Assembly (NCBI GenBank): GCA_965116475.1
Contig: OZ220691.1
Coordinates: forward strand, 2,304,001 to 2,368,000
Length of the DNA: 64,000 bases
Direction: 5' to 3'
DNA from: Gemmatimonadota bacterium
GTDB lineage: Bacteria; Gemmatimonadota; Gemmatimonadetes; Palauibacterales; Palauibacteraceae
Positions 1-10,066 of this stretch are shown in pieces (positions within the stretch are counted from its first letter, which is position 1; each line of letters opens with the position of its first letter). A program made the translations under genes and the position numbers. The notes beneath the pieces are model-generated. The model had not been told where the DNA came from, did no database searches, and worked only from the letters and a program-made list of their open reading frames with translations.

Positions 1-1
1 A

Positions 2-355
2 TACGAACCCAGAGAGTCGATCACCGTCACTTCGCGGAACGTATCCGGCGCTCGAATCTTCAAGGACTCGTGCGCGATCAAGCCCGTGGGCGTGACGAAT
101 CTCGAAGTGGAATTCGAGGCGTTCTACAACCCCACGCTGCACTGCGGCCGCGAGGCCACGCGCGACGACATCGTCGAGCACATGGTCGAACTCGAACCCG
201 GAGACTCCGTACGGGAGACCGTGACGCTGCCGTTCTTCTCGTTCCAGGGGTGGTATCGCGTGAACGTGTGGCTCCTGGATGCGGAAGGGAACCTCGCCGT
301 CGACACTCCGGCGACGAGCGGGATCTTCCAGGTCTTCCCCTCCGTGGGGGAATAG
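2..355 (+). CDS. Hypothetical protein, 5' partial (runs off the window start)
   Basis: Frame is open from position 2 to TAG at 353-355, has GC-rich third positions and ends 6 bp before the next gene. Confidence 0.6.
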   Translation, partial: YEPRESITVTSRNVSGARIFKDSCAIKPVGVTNLEVEFEAFYNPTLHCGREATRDDIVEHMVELEPGDSVRETVTLPFFSFQGWYRVNVWLLDAEGNLAVDTPATSGIFQVFPSVGE

Positions 356-361
356 CGGCCC

Positions 362-1237
362 GTGGCAAACCCGGCCGGCTTGCTTCGCGCCGACCTGTCG
401 CGAGTTCTCCTGACCGCGCTCGCCGCGACGGGGCTCCCGGCGGCCGCCCCCTCCGCGGGCCAGGCGCCGGCTGCGGTGCGTGAATTCCATGCGCCGGCCG
501 CCGTCTCCCCGCCCGCGATCGACGGATCGCTCGATGACGCGGCCTGGCGGGCCGCGCCGTGGACGGAGCCCTTCGTCGACATTCGTGGCGAGGGTTGGCC
601 CGAACCCCGCCTCCGGACGCGCGCCAAGATCGTGTGGGACGAACGCTTCCTCTACGTGGGAGCCGAACTCGAGGAGCCGCACCTGTGGGCGACACTGGCC
701 GAGCGCGACGCCATCCTCTACCGGGAACACGACTTCGAGGTCTTCCTCGACCCGGACGGCGACGGCCTCGCCTACTACGAACTCGAAATCAACGCGCTCG
801 GGACCGAGTTCGACCTCTTCCTCGACAGGCCGTACCGCCGAAAGGGGAAGGCGGACGTCGGCTGGGACATCGAGGGCCTGCGCACCGCGGTGCGTCTCGA
901 CGGCACGCTGAACGACCCCGCCGACGAGGACACCGGCTGGTCGGTCGAGATTGCGATTCCATGGTCGGCGCTGCATCCCCCCGGCGCCCCCGCGGACGCG
1001 GCGGTCGAGACGGTCGCGGCCCCGAGGCCCGGCGATGTCTGGCGCGTGAACTTCTCGCGCGTGCAGTGGCCGCTCACGGTCGTGGATGGACAATACCGGA
1101 AGGTGCGCGAACCCGCGGACTGGAGCGATCACCCCGAAGACAACTGGGTGTGGTCGCCGCAGGGTGAGATCGACATGCACATACCGGAGAGGTGGGGCGT
1201 CGTGCGCTTCGTCGCCGGCCGGGACGGGTCCCCGTGA
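362..1237 (+). CDS. Carbohydrate-binding family 9-like (DOMON-like) secreted protein
   Basis: Signal-like N-terminus; motifs PAIDGSLDDAAW, DFEVFLDPDGDG, YYELEINALGT, WSVEIAIPW, WRVNFSRVQW, NWVWSPQG, MHIPERWG. Confidence 0.85.
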   Translation: MANPAGLLRADLSRVLLTALAATGLPAAAPSAGQAPAAVREFHAPAAVSPPAIDGSLDDAAWRAAPWTEPFVDIRGEGWPEPRLRTRAKIVWDERFLYVGAELEEPHLWATLAERDAILYREHDFEVFLDPDGDGLAYYELEINALGTEFDLFLDRPYRRKGKADVGWDIEGLRTAVRLDGTLNDPADEDTGWSVEIAIPWSALHPPGAPADAAVETVAAPRPGDVWRVNFSRVQWPLTVVDGQYRKVREPADWSDHPEDNWVWSPQGEIDMHIPERWGVVRFVAGRDGSP

Positions 1238-2343
1238 GGCGCAGGGAGTTCGTCCGGGCCGCGGGCGGCGCGGCGGCGCTGGGGGCGGCGCTCCCCGCCT
1301 GCGCGTTCCCGCCCGATCCGGAAGCGCCCTTCACGCTGTGGACGTGGGTGCACGGGAACCGCGACCGCGACGCCTCCGCCTGGCGCGAACAGTTCGCCCG
1401 CCTGCGGGAGGCCGGCTTCCACGCCGTCCTCGTGGGCGGCGGCGATATCGACTTGGTCTCGCGGGCGGCGCGCGCGGAGGGACTCGAGTATCACCGCTGG
1501 TTCTGGACGATGAACCGCAACGGCGACGCCTGGGTGCAGGAGAACCATCCGGAGTGGTTCACGGTGAGCCGCAACCTCGAGAGTTCGCTCGATCAGCCCC
1601 CCTACGTCGGGTACTACAAGTGGGTCTGCCCTTCGCGCGGACCCGTGCGCGAATACCTGCGCGGACGCATCGCGGACCTCGCCGCCCAACCGGCCGTGGA
1701 CGGGGTCCACCTCGACTACGTGCGCCACTGCGACGTCATCCTCCCCCGCGCCCTGTGGGAGACCTACGACCTCGTGCAGGATGTCGAGCACCCGGAGTTC
1801 GACTTCTGCTACTGCGACGTCTGCCGCGAGCAGTTTCGCGCCCTCGACGGGAGGGATCCGCTGGAGATCCCCGACCCGCCGGCCGACGAGGCCTGGCGCC
1901 GCTTCCGGTGGGACTCCGTGACCGGCGCGGTGCGCGAACTCGCCGAGGCGGCCCACGAGCACGGGAAGCCCATCACCGCCGCCGTCTTCCCGACTCCCTC
2001 CATCGCCCGCAGGCTGGTCCGCCAGGACTGGGACCGTTGGCCGCTCGACCGCTTCTTCCCGATGCTCTACCAGAGCTTCTACCTGGAGGACATCCCCTGG
2101 ATCGGAGAGGGCGTGCGCGAGGGCATCGCGGCCCTCGAGGCGGCGGCTTCCACCGCGTCCACCGCGGGCCCGGCAGAGGCCCGGCCGCTGAACGCCGGAC
2201 TCTACCTGCCCGCGCTCGATCCCGCCGCGCTGGCCGAGGCCGTCGCGACCGCGCGCGAGGCGGGCGCGGCCGGCGTGTCGACGTTCGAGATGGACGGTCT
2301 CACGGACGAACACCTCGCCGCCCTCCGCGACGCCACGGCCTAG
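1234..2343 (+). CDS. Tat-exported glycoside hydrolase-like protein (GH10-like/DUF187 TIM barrel)
   Basis: GTG start overlaps the upstream TGA (GTGA); twin-arginine signal RRREF; VDGVHLDYVRH, ITAAVF, RQDW and PMLY motifs. Confidence 0.8.
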   Translation: MRRREFVRAAGGAAALGAALPACAFPPDPEAPFTLWTWVHGNRDRDASAWREQFARLREAGFHAVLVGGGDIDLVSRAARAEGLEYHRWFWTMNRNGDAWVQENHPEWFTVSRNLESSLDQPPYVGYYKWVCPSRGPVREYLRGRIADLAAQPAVDGVHLDYVRHCDVILPRALWETYDLVQDVEHPEFDFCYCDVCREQFRALDGRDPLEIPDPPADEAWRRFRWDSVTGAVRELAEAAHEHGKPITAAVFPTPSIARRLVRQDWDRWPLDRFFPMLYQSFYLEDIPWIGEGVREGIAALEAAASTASTAGPAEARPLNAGLYLPALDPAALAEAVATAREAGAAGVSTFEMDGLTDEHLAALRDATA

Positions 2344-2441
2344 CCCGTCCACCAGCGCGGCGCCGGGCTCTTGTCCCCCGGGGACGAGCCCACCAACATC
2401 GATGGACCGCGACGGGCCACCGCCAACCGCAGGAGTCTGCC

Positions 2442-4496
2442 ATGTCTCGCCGCATCCTCGGACTCGGAATCCTCGCCGTTCTCGTCTCCGCCTCCCCCGC
2501 CACCGGCCAGCGACGGGCGATGACGATCGTGGACCTCATCGACATCCCCGGACTCGCCGACCCCCGGATATCGCCGGACGGGTCGGAGGCGCTGTACGTG
2601 AGGACGGACACCGACTGGGAAGCCAACGGCACGGTTTCCCACATCTGGCGCGTCGCGATGGACGGCTCCGGCACGACACGCATGACGAACGGCGAGGGCG
2701 GCGAGTCGAGCCCGCGCTGGTCGCCCGACGGCTCGCGCATCGCCTTCGTCGCGAACCGGCACGACACGGAGCACAACCAGGTGTTCACGATGCCGACCCG
2801 CGGCGGCGAGGCCGGCGCCGTGAGCGACCACCCGACGCCCGTGGGTTCGATCTCGTGGTCCGGCGACGGCGCCTGGATCTACTTCATGGCGGTCGACGAG
2901 AAGTCCGAGGCGGAGAAGGCGCGCGAAGCGGTCAATGACAACGTGTTTCGCTATGAGGAGGACAAGCGCCCCACCGGACTGTGGCGGGTGCCGAGCGAGG
3001 GCGGGGCGGCGGAGCGCGTGACGGAGCCCGGCCTGATGGTCCGCGGGTACTCGACCTCGCGCGACGGCACGCTCCTCCTCGTGCAGTTGGCGCCCACCGC
3101 CCTCTACGACGACCTGCTCAACTCCGAACTGTGGGTGATGGGTCCCGATGGGGCGGATGCGCGCCGGATCACCGACAATCACGTGGGGGAGGTGGGGGCC
3201 TCGCTCTCGCCCGACAACCGCCACGCGCTCTTCGTCGCCAACACGAACGACGAACTGAGCGACTTCTACTTCAACCAGCGCCTGTTCGTCGTCCCGACCG
3301 ACGGCGGCGACCCCGTCTCGGTCGTGCCCGGCGGGAGCTTCGACGTGAACGCCGCCGTGTGGTCGCGCGACGGCCGCTCGATCTACTTCCGCGCCAACAC
3401 GGGGGTCCGCCAGCAGATCTACTCCGTGCCGGCCGACGCCTCCGATGCGGCACGGGCCGAAGCGGTCACCGAGGGCGATCACTCGGTCGGCGCGTGGGAC
3501 TACCACCCCTCCTCCGGCACGCACCTCTATTCCGTCAGCAGTCCGACCAACGCGGGGGATCTGTGGGCGATGGCCCGGTCCGGGCAGCCGCAACAGGTCA
3601 CCCGCCTGTTCGACTACCTGGCCGAGGAGTTCCTCCTGCCGCGCATGGAGGCGGTGCAGTACGCCGGCGACGACGGCGTCGAGGTGGAGGGTCTCATCTT
3701 CTATCCCATCGACTACCGGGAGGGTGAGCGCTATCCGCTCGTCGTGCAGACGCACGGCGGTCCCCCGTCGTCCGACAAGTTCCGCTTCGCGCGCTCGAGC
3801 AACTACGAGACCGTGCTCGCCGCGCGCGGCTGGTTCGTCTTCAAGCCCAACTATCGGGGGTCCACCGGATACGGCGACGACTTCCTGCGCAACATGATCG
3901 GCAACTACTTCGACCAGGCCCACAAGGACGTGATGGCCGGGGTGGACTATCTCATCGAGCGCGGACTCGTGGACGGCGACCGCATGGCGAAGATGGGCTG
4001 GAGCGCCGGCGGCCACATGACGAACAAGATCATCACGTACACGGACCGCTTCAAAGCCGCGTCGTCCGGCGCGGGGGCCGTGAACTGGATGTCGATGTAC
4101 GCGCAGTCCGACGTCCGCATCTATCGCACGCCGTGGTTCGGGGGCACGCCGTGGTCGGAGGACGCTCCGATCGAGCAGTACATGGCCGACTCGCCGCTCT
4201 TCGACCTGCACAAGGTCGTGACGCCGACCCTGGTGCTCGTCGGGGAGAACGACGAGCGCGTGCCGATGCCGCAGTCGGTCGAACTGTACCAGGGGCTCAA
4301 GCACAACGGCGTCCCGACCCACCTCTACGTGGCGCCCGAGCAGGGACACGGCTGGGTCGAACTGCAGCAGCGCCTGTTCAAGGCGAACGTCGAGCTGGAC
4401 TGGTACTACCGTTGGGTGCTGGACGAGGACTACGAGTGGGAGACCTCCCCCGTCCACCCGGACAGGAAAGCGGCCGTCACCACCGCCGGCGGGTAG
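2442..4496 (+). CDS. S9 family (prolyl oligopeptidase/acylaminoacyl) peptidase
   Basis: RBS AGGAG before ATG 2442; signal peptide; PD40-like repeats (PRWSPDG); HGGP, NYRGSTGYG, GWSAGG nucleophile, DERVP and GHG. Confidence 0.92.
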   Translation: MSRRILGLGILAVLVSASPATGQRRAMTIVDLIDIPGLADPRISPDGSEALYVRTDTDWEANGTVSHIWRVAMDGSGTTRMTNGEGGESSPRWSPDGSRIAFVANRHDTEHNQVFTMPTRGGEAGAVSDHPTPVGSISWSGDGAWIYFMAVDEKSEAEKAREAVNDNVFRYEEDKRPTGLWRVPSEGGAAERVTEPGLMVRGYSTSRDGTLLLVQLAPTALYDDLLNSELWVMGPDGADARRITDNHVGEVGASLSPDNRHALFVANTNDELSDFYFNQRLFVVPTDGGDPVSVVPGGSFDVNAAVWSRDGRSIYFRANTGVRQQIYSVPADASDAARAEAVTEGDHSVGAWDYHPSSGTHLYSVSSPTNAGDLWAMARSGQPQQVTRLFDYLAEEFLLPRMEAVQYAGDDGVEVEGLIFYPIDYREGERYPLVVQTHGGPPSSDKFRFARSSNYETVLAARGWFVFKPNYRGSTGYGDDFLRNMIGNYFDQAHKDVMAGVDYLIERGLVDGDRMAKMGWSAGGHMTNKIITYTDRFKAASSGAGAVNWMSMYAQSDVRIYRTPWFGGTPWSEDAPIEQYMADSPLFDLHKVVTPTLVLVGENDERVPMPQSVELYQGLKHNGVPTHLYVAPEQGHGWVELQQRLFKANVELDWYYRWVLDEDYEWETSPVHPDRKAAVTTAGG

Positions 4497-4659
4497 CTCC
4501 GGGCCGCTGGCTACCCCGGGGCCAGCGGATGGTATCCCGCTCCCGTCCTCTGGTGACCGTCCCTGCCGCTGGACGGCTCGCCGTGAGGTCGGTACCGTCT
4601 TCGCCGGCTGTCAGGCAGGAGACACCACACCGGTCAGGGCTCGACGGGGGGAGCGTGAG

Positions 4660-6729
4660 ATGAAGAGCGCGTGGAGCGACCGCGAGGCGGAGGAACTCGT
4701 CGGGATGTATGCCGCCGAGGGCATCGGCGAGGATCTCGCGCTGCGGGTGTACACGACGCGGCTCCTGGGTTCCGAGCCTCGACTCGTGATGCACGGCGGG
4801 GGCAACACGTCGGTCAAGGGCCGCGCCCGCGACGTGACGGGGGTGGAACTGGACGTGCTGTACGTGAAGGGGAGCGGCTGGGACATGGGGACGATCGAGC
4901 CGCCGGGACTTCCCGCCGTGCAGCTCGATCCGCTGCTCGCCTTGGCCGAGATCGACGCGCTGTCCGACGAAGACATGGTCAACCTGCAGCGCCGCAACCT
5001 GCTCGATTCGAAGGCGCCGAACCCGTCGGTCGAGACGCTCCTGCACGCGTGGGTGCCGCGCACGTTCATCGACCACACGCACGCCAACGCGGCCCTCGCG
5101 CTCACGGACCAGCCGCGCGGGGAGGAGATCTGCCGCGAGGTGTACGGCGACCGTGCCGCGATCGTCCCCTACATCATGCCGGGCTTCGATCTCGCGAAGG
5201 CGGCGAAGGCGGCGGCGGACGCGCACCCGGAAGCGGAAGGGCTCGTCCTTCTGAAGCACGGGTTGTTCACGTTCGGGGACACGGCACACGAGGCGTACGA
5301 ACTCATGATCGAGTTCGTCAGTCTCGCCGAAACGCGCATCGAACGCGGGCGCAGGACGGTGTTCGCCGCCGCCGCCCTGCCCGGCGCGGTTGCCTCCGCG
5401 AGCGAGGTCGCCCCGGCCATCCGCGGCCTGCTGGCGAACCGGCGGAGCGGCGACGGCGCGGAGTTCGAGGGCGCGGAGTTCGAGCGCTTCATCCTCGAGC
5501 ACCGAACCAGCCCGGCCATTCTCGCCTACGTCGGCGGCTCGGAGCTGTCGCGCTACAGCCAGGTCGGCACGGTCACGCCCGACCACGCGATCCGCACGAA
5601 GCCGCTGCCCGTCGTGCTCCCCGCGCCGCCAGCCGGCGACCTCGCCGCCTGGACCGGAGAGGCGCGCGCCGCGGTGGACGCCTACCGGGAGGCCTACGCA
5701 GCGTATTTCGAGCGCCACAACCCGCGCTACGGCGGGTCGAAGCGCATGCTCGACCCCAGTCCGCGCGTGGTCCTGGTGCCGGGCGTCGGCCTGTTCGCGA
5801 GCGGTCGCGACGCGGGGGCCGCGGCGGCCGCCGCGGATCTCGCCGAGACGACGGTCGACGTCATCGCGGACGCGGAGAGCATGGACCGCTTCGAGAGCAT
5901 CACCGAGGACGAGCTGTTCGACATCGAGTACTGGTCGCTCGAACAGGCGAAACTGGCCGGCGCGAAGGAGAAGGAACTGGCGCGCCACGTCGTGGTCGTC
6001 ACGGGCGGCGCGGGCGCGATCGGTCGGGCCACGGCCGCCGCGTTCCGGGCCGCCGGCGCCGAGGTCGCCGTCTTCGACCTCCCGGGCCCCTCGCTCGACG
6101 CCGCCGGTGAAGCCGGAGCGGGGCTCGCCGTCCCATGCGACGTGACAGACGACGCGTCCGTCGACCGCGCGTTCGGCATCGTCGCCGCCCGCTTCGGCGG
6201 CGTCGACATCCTCGTCTCGAACGCCGGGGCGGCCTGGCGCGGTCCCATGGCGGATGTGACGGACGACATCCTGAGAGAGAGCTTCGAGCTGAACTTCTTC
6301 GCCCACCAGCGCGTCACCAGGGCGGCCGTGCGCACGATGCGCGCTCAGGGGACGGGCGGCTGCCTCCTCTTCAACGTCTCCAAGCAGGCCGTCAACCCGG
6401 GTCCCGACTTCGGCCCCTACGGACTGCCGAAGGCGGCGACCCTCGGACTCGTGCGCCAGTACGCCATCGAACACGGGTGGGAGGGCATCCGGTCGAACGG
6501 GGTCAACGCCGACCGCATCCGGAGCGGCGTCCTCACCGACGAGATGATCGCCTCCCGCTCCGAGGCTCGCGGCGTGAGCGAGGACGCCTACATGCGCGGC
6601 AACCTCCTCGGCCGCGAGGTCCGGGCCCGGGATGTCGCCCGGGCGTTCGTCTCCCTGGCCCTCGCCCGCGCGACGACCGGCGCGATCCTCACCGTGGACG
6701 GCGGCAACGTCGCCGCCGCGCTTCGTTGA
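4660..6729 (+). CDS. Bifunctional class II aldolase / short-chain dehydrogenase (rhamnulose-1-phosphate aldolase-SDR type)
   Basis: HGGGNTSVK, KGSGWD, PSVETLLH, HTH, TPDH and EYWSLEQAKL; SDR part has TGGAGAIG and YGLPK (YxxxK). Confidence 0.92.
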   Translation: MKSAWSDREAEELVGMYAAEGIGEDLALRVYTTRLLGSEPRLVMHGGGNTSVKGRARDVTGVELDVLYVKGSGWDMGTIEPPGLPAVQLDPLLALAEIDALSDEDMVNLQRRNLLDSKAPNPSVETLLHAWVPRTFIDHTHANAALALTDQPRGEEICREVYGDRAAIVPYIMPGFDLAKAAKAAADAHPEAEGLVLLKHGLFTFGDTAHEAYELMIEFVSLAETRIERGRRTVFAAAALPGAVASASEVAPAIRGLLANRRSGDGAEFEGAEFERFILEHRTSPAILAYVGGSELSRYSQVGTVTPDHAIRTKPLPVVLPAPPAGDLAAWTGEARAAVDAYREAYAAYFERHNPRYGGSKRMLDPSPRVVLVPGVGLFASGRDAGAAAAAADLAETTVDVIADAESMDRFESITEDELFDIEYWSLEQAKLAGAKEKELARHVVVVTGGAGAIGRATAAAFRAAGAEVAVFDLPGPSLDAAGEAGAGLAVPCDVTDDASVDRAFGIVAARFGGVDILVSNAGAAWRGPMADVTDDILRESFELNFFAHQRVTRAAVRTMRAQGTGGCLLFNVSKQAVNPGPDFGPYGLPKAATLGLVRQYAIEHGWEGIRSNGVNADRIRSGVLTDEMIASRSEARGVSEDAYMRGNLLGREVRARDVARAFVSLALARATTGAILTVDGGNVAAALR

Positions 6730-6751
6730 CCGCGAACGCAAAGGCCCGCGG

Positions 6752-7978
6752 ATGAAGTGGACGAATTCGATCTGCCGAGTAGTTCCGCTGGCGACGTGCA
6801 TCGCCCTCGCCGCCTGTGCGCCGCAGTCGGAGGGGCCCCGCTGGCCGGGGGAGACGTGGCCCGTTTCGACGGCGGAGGCCGAGGGCGTGGACCCGGCCGC
6901 TCTCGACTCGCTGATCGCCGACATCGACGCCGGGCGGTACGGGCTCATCGACCAGTTTCTTCTCATCCGCAACGGGCGCGTGATCGCGGACCGGCGCTGG
7001 GACCACGGGGCGCGGTACGCCGAACTTCTCGCCGCGCAGGAAGACACGGCGGACCACCAGTACAACTACGATCACCCGTCGTGGCACCCCTTTTATCGGG
7101 ACACGGACCTGCACTCGCTCCAGTCCGTGACGAAGAGCGTGACCTCGGTCGCGTTCGGGATCGCCGTGGACGAGGGCCACATCCCGGGCGCGGAAGCGCC
7201 GGCGTGGCCCTGGTTCCAAGCGTATGGCGTCGATCTCGCCGACCCGCGTCGCGCCGCGACCTCGCTCGAGGACTTCCTCACCATGCGGAGCGGGATCGAC
7301 TGGGCGATCCCGGGCCAGACCTACGAGGACGAGGCGCACCCCACCTCGGTCCTCGAGGCGAGCGACCGGTGGATCGACTACGTCGTCGCCCAACCCGTGG
7401 GGACGGATCCCGGCACCCGCTTCGACTACAACGACGGCGTGAGCGTCCTGCTCGGGAAGGTAGTGCGCGAGGCCACCGGAGCGCGGCTCGACGCGTGGGC
7501 GGAGGAACGCCTCTTCCGCCCCATCGGGATCGACGAGTACTACTGGAAGATCGCCCCCGACGGCGAAGTCGACAGCGAGGGCGGCCTCTACCTCTCCACC
7601 CACGACCTCGCCCGCGTCGGCTACCTCATGCTCCGGGGCGGGGAATGGGACGGCCGGCAGGTCGTCTCCCGGCAATGGGTCGAAACCTCGACCTCACCCG
7701 TCGTGCCCGACGTCGCCCCCGACAACGACCGGCCCGACACCGGCTACGGCTATCAGTGGTGGGTGCCGGTGCACGAGAATGGCGAAACGCGGGTATTCGC
7801 GGGGAACGGGTACGGAGGCCAGTTCATCCACATCGTGCCCGAATACGATCTCATCTCCGTCTTCAACGGCTGGACGCTGCACGAGCAGCCCGATCTCTTC
7901 AGCTGGACGGCGCTCCAGGACCGCATCCTCCCCGCCGTCCTCCCCGCAACCGCCCCCGCGGACGACGCCTCCCCCTGA
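6752..7978 (+). CDS. Serine hydrolase, beta-lactamase family, probable lipoprotein
   Basis: Lipobox-like LAAC; SVTKS (SxxK), LTMRSG, FDYN, YGYQWW and GYGGQ. Confidence 0.88.
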   Translation: MKWTNSICRVVPLATCIALAACAPQSEGPRWPGETWPVSTAEAEGVDPAALDSLIADIDAGRYGLIDQFLLIRNGRVIADRRWDHGARYAELLAAQEDTADHQYNYDHPSWHPFYRDTDLHSLQSVTKSVTSVAFGIAVDEGHIPGAEAPAWPWFQAYGVDLADPRRAATSLEDFLTMRSGIDWAIPGQTYEDEAHPTSVLEASDRWIDYVVAQPVGTDPGTRFDYNDGVSVLLGKVVREATGARLDAWAEERLFRPIGIDEYYWKIAPDGEVDSEGGLYLSTHDLARVGYLMLRGGEWDGRQVVSRQWVETSTSPVVPDVAPDNDRPDTGYGYQWWVPVHENGETRVFAGNGYGGQFIHIVPEYDLISVFNGWTLHEQPDLFSWTALQDRILPAVLPATAPADDASP

Positions 7979-7990
7979 ATCGCCTCTGAC

Positions 7991-9322
7991 TCAGGCGGGT
8001 TCCAGGCGGGCGGCGTGGCGCTCGATTTCAGTCGCCAGTTGCTCCATTTCAGCGAGGACGGTGGCCTCGTCGATCGTCTCCAGCGCGCGGTCGCGCAGCA
8101 CCCAGCGCCCATCGACCATCACGGAACGGACGTCGTCGCGGCCCACCGTGTAGACGAGATGTCCGTACACGTCGTACATCGGCGTCAGATGCGGGCGGTC
8201 GAGGTCGATGAGGATGAGGTCGGCGCGGTAGCCTTCCGCGAGCCGTCCCACGCGGTCTCCCAGGCCCAGCGCCTCCGCCCCGACCGTCGTCGCCATGCGG
8301 ACGATGTCGAGAGCGGGCGTGAGGACCGGATCCATGTGGACGCCCCGCTGCAGCAGTCCCGCGAAGCGCATCGCGGTCCACATGTCGAGGTCGTTCGAAC
8401 TCACCGGCCCGTCCGTGCCGAGGGCCACCGGGATGCCCTCCTCGAGCATGCGCGCGACCGGCGCGATGCCGGAACCCAGCTTGAGGTTGGAGAGCGGGTT
8501 GTGAAGGACCGCCGCCCCCGCGCGCCGAAGGCGCACGAAATCGTCGTCGTCCAGGTGGACGCAATGCGCAAGCACCGTACGCGCGTCGAGGATGCCGAGT
8601 TCATCGAGGTGCGCGACCGGCGTATGCCCGAAGCGCTCGATCGTCTGCCGCACCTCGGTGGCCGTCTCGGAGCAGTGCGTGTGAAACAGGGTCCCGGCAC
8701 GATCGGCGAGGTCGCGGGCCGCCCGCAGGCCGTCCGGCGACACCGTGAGCGCATTGTGCGGCTGCACGCACGGGGTGATCAGCGGTTCTTCCGCGTAGCG
8801 CTCCAGCCAGCGCTCGCCGGTCGCAATCCGGGCGTCCACGGAGACGCCGTCGGGGCCATCGAAATCGAAGAAGATGGGCCCGGTGACAAGCCGGAAACCG
8901 GCACCGAGCGCCGCGTCGGCCGCGGCCTCCGGGAACCAGAACATGTCGAGCGCGCACGTCGTCCCGCTCCGGATCATCTCCGCCAGCGAGAGCCGCGCCC
9001 CGAGTTCGACGCTCTCGCGGCTGACGAACTCCCGCTCGGAGATCCAGAGACGCTCCAGCCACGCCTCCAGCGGCAGCTCCTCCACGAGACTCCGGAAGAG
9101 GGAGTCGCCCAGGTGCGTGTGCGCGTTCACGAGGCCCGGCATGAGCAGGCGCCCGGTCGCGTCGATCGTTTCGGCGGCCTCGCAGCCTTCGAGTTCCTCG
9201 CGGGTCCCGACGGCGACGATCTCGCCGCCTCGCACGGCGACGGCGCCCGCATCGAGGATCCGTTCTTCGGCGTCCATCGTGACGACGAGAGGGCCGAGGA
9301 TGAGGGTGTCTACAGGTTCCAT
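7991..9322 (-). CDS. Amidohydrolase, MtaD/SAH-deaminase-like family
   Basis: MPGLVNAHTH, HTHCSET, LAHCVH, HNPLSNLKLGSG, LGTDG and ADLI; ATG at 9322 chosen because the longer ORF would overlap the tRNA. Confidence 0.9.
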   Translation of the reverse strand: MEPVDTLILGPLVVTMDAEERILDAGAVAVRGGEIVAVGTREELEGCEAAETIDATGRLLMPGLVNAHTHLGDSLFRSLVEELPLEAWLERLWISEREFVSRESVELGARLSLAEMIRSGTTCALDMFWFPEAAADAALGAGFRLVTGPIFFDFDGPDGVSVDARIATGERWLERYAEEPLITPCVQPHNALTVSPDGLRAARDLADRAGTLFHTHCSETATEVRQTIERFGHTPVAHLDELGILDARTVLAHCVHLDDDDFVRLRRAGAAVLHNPLSNLKLGSGIAPVARMLEEGIPVALGTDGPVSSNDLDMWTAMRFAGLLQRGVHMDPVLTPALDIVRMATTVGAEALGLGDRVGRLAEGYRADLILIDLDRPHLTPMYDVYGHLVYTVGRDDVRSVMVDGRWVLRDRALETIDEATVLAEMEQLATEIERHAARLEPA

Positions 9323-9372
9323 GGGACGGCAATCTTGGCCGCCCTCCGGCCCGCCCGCTAGTTTCCCGCCAC

Positions 9373-9446
9373 GGCCCCGTAGCTCAGGCGGATAGAGCGC
9401 GGGATTCCTAATCCCGAGGCCGCTGGTTCGAGTCCAGCCGGGGTCA
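9373..9446 (+). tRNA. tRNA-Arg (anticodon CCT)
   Basis: GGCCCCG/CGGGGTC acceptor stem, TAGCTCAG D-arm, anticodon arm CGGGA-TT-CCT-AA-TCCCG, GGTTCGAGTCC T-arm; CCA not encoded. Confidence 0.96.
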
Positions 9447-9713
9447 TTCTCAAACACGTGCGTCCCGGTTGGTTCCGTTGACGTTGAGACCCGCATGATT
9501 CTGGTTGTTAACGTGACCCCACGTCACAACCGGGAAGTCGGCAGCGTTGCACGGTGAGGGCACATCCTTTCGATTGCCTGTACTCTCCGGCGGTGAGGTC
9601 GCCAGGAAACCGGTGAGCCGCGGGGAGTGTCAGACTTTTGCTGTGGGGGCTCACTCCTTGAGGAGGGTTCCAGAGTGAGGATGGGCGGGGCACCGAGGAC
9701 CGAAGGGGGGACC

Positions 9714-9992
9714 ATGATTGATCCTGTCCGGCTTGACGCGGAGATCGTGAGGATCATCGAGATCCTCGATCCTGCTGAGCAGGTTCCTGTGATCATCTAC
9801 ACGAGCGGACCGGACGCTCTAGCGTTGGTGCGTGCGAAGCTCAACGAAAAGCAGATTCGTAGCTCATTGGATCGGCTGAACGCGCTGTCGGCTTGGGTGG
9901 CAGTGGGTAGGATTCAGAGCTTCATGAAGTCGGAGCTTGTGGTCGGGCTCGAAATGGCTAAGACTGTCGAGGTCAAGCACGCTACGTGTTGA
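9714..9992 (+). CDS. Small protein resembling a subtilase propeptide (I9-like) domain
   Basis: GAAGGGGGG RBS before ATG 9714; pattern VPVII...LNALSAWV...I...V..LE...V resembles S8 prodomains; directly upstream of an S8 catalytic ORF. Confidence 0.55.
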   Translation: MIDPVRLDAEIVRIIEILDPAEQVPVIIYTSGPDALALVRAKLNEKQIRSSLDRLNALSAWVAVGRIQSFMKSELVVGLEMAKTVEVKHATC

Positions 9993-10066
9993 TGCAGTTG
10001 GCCTGCCGACAGCGGTTTGACAAGCCCGGGGCGGTTGTTTGCCGTCCCGGGTTGTCTACGTAGGGG

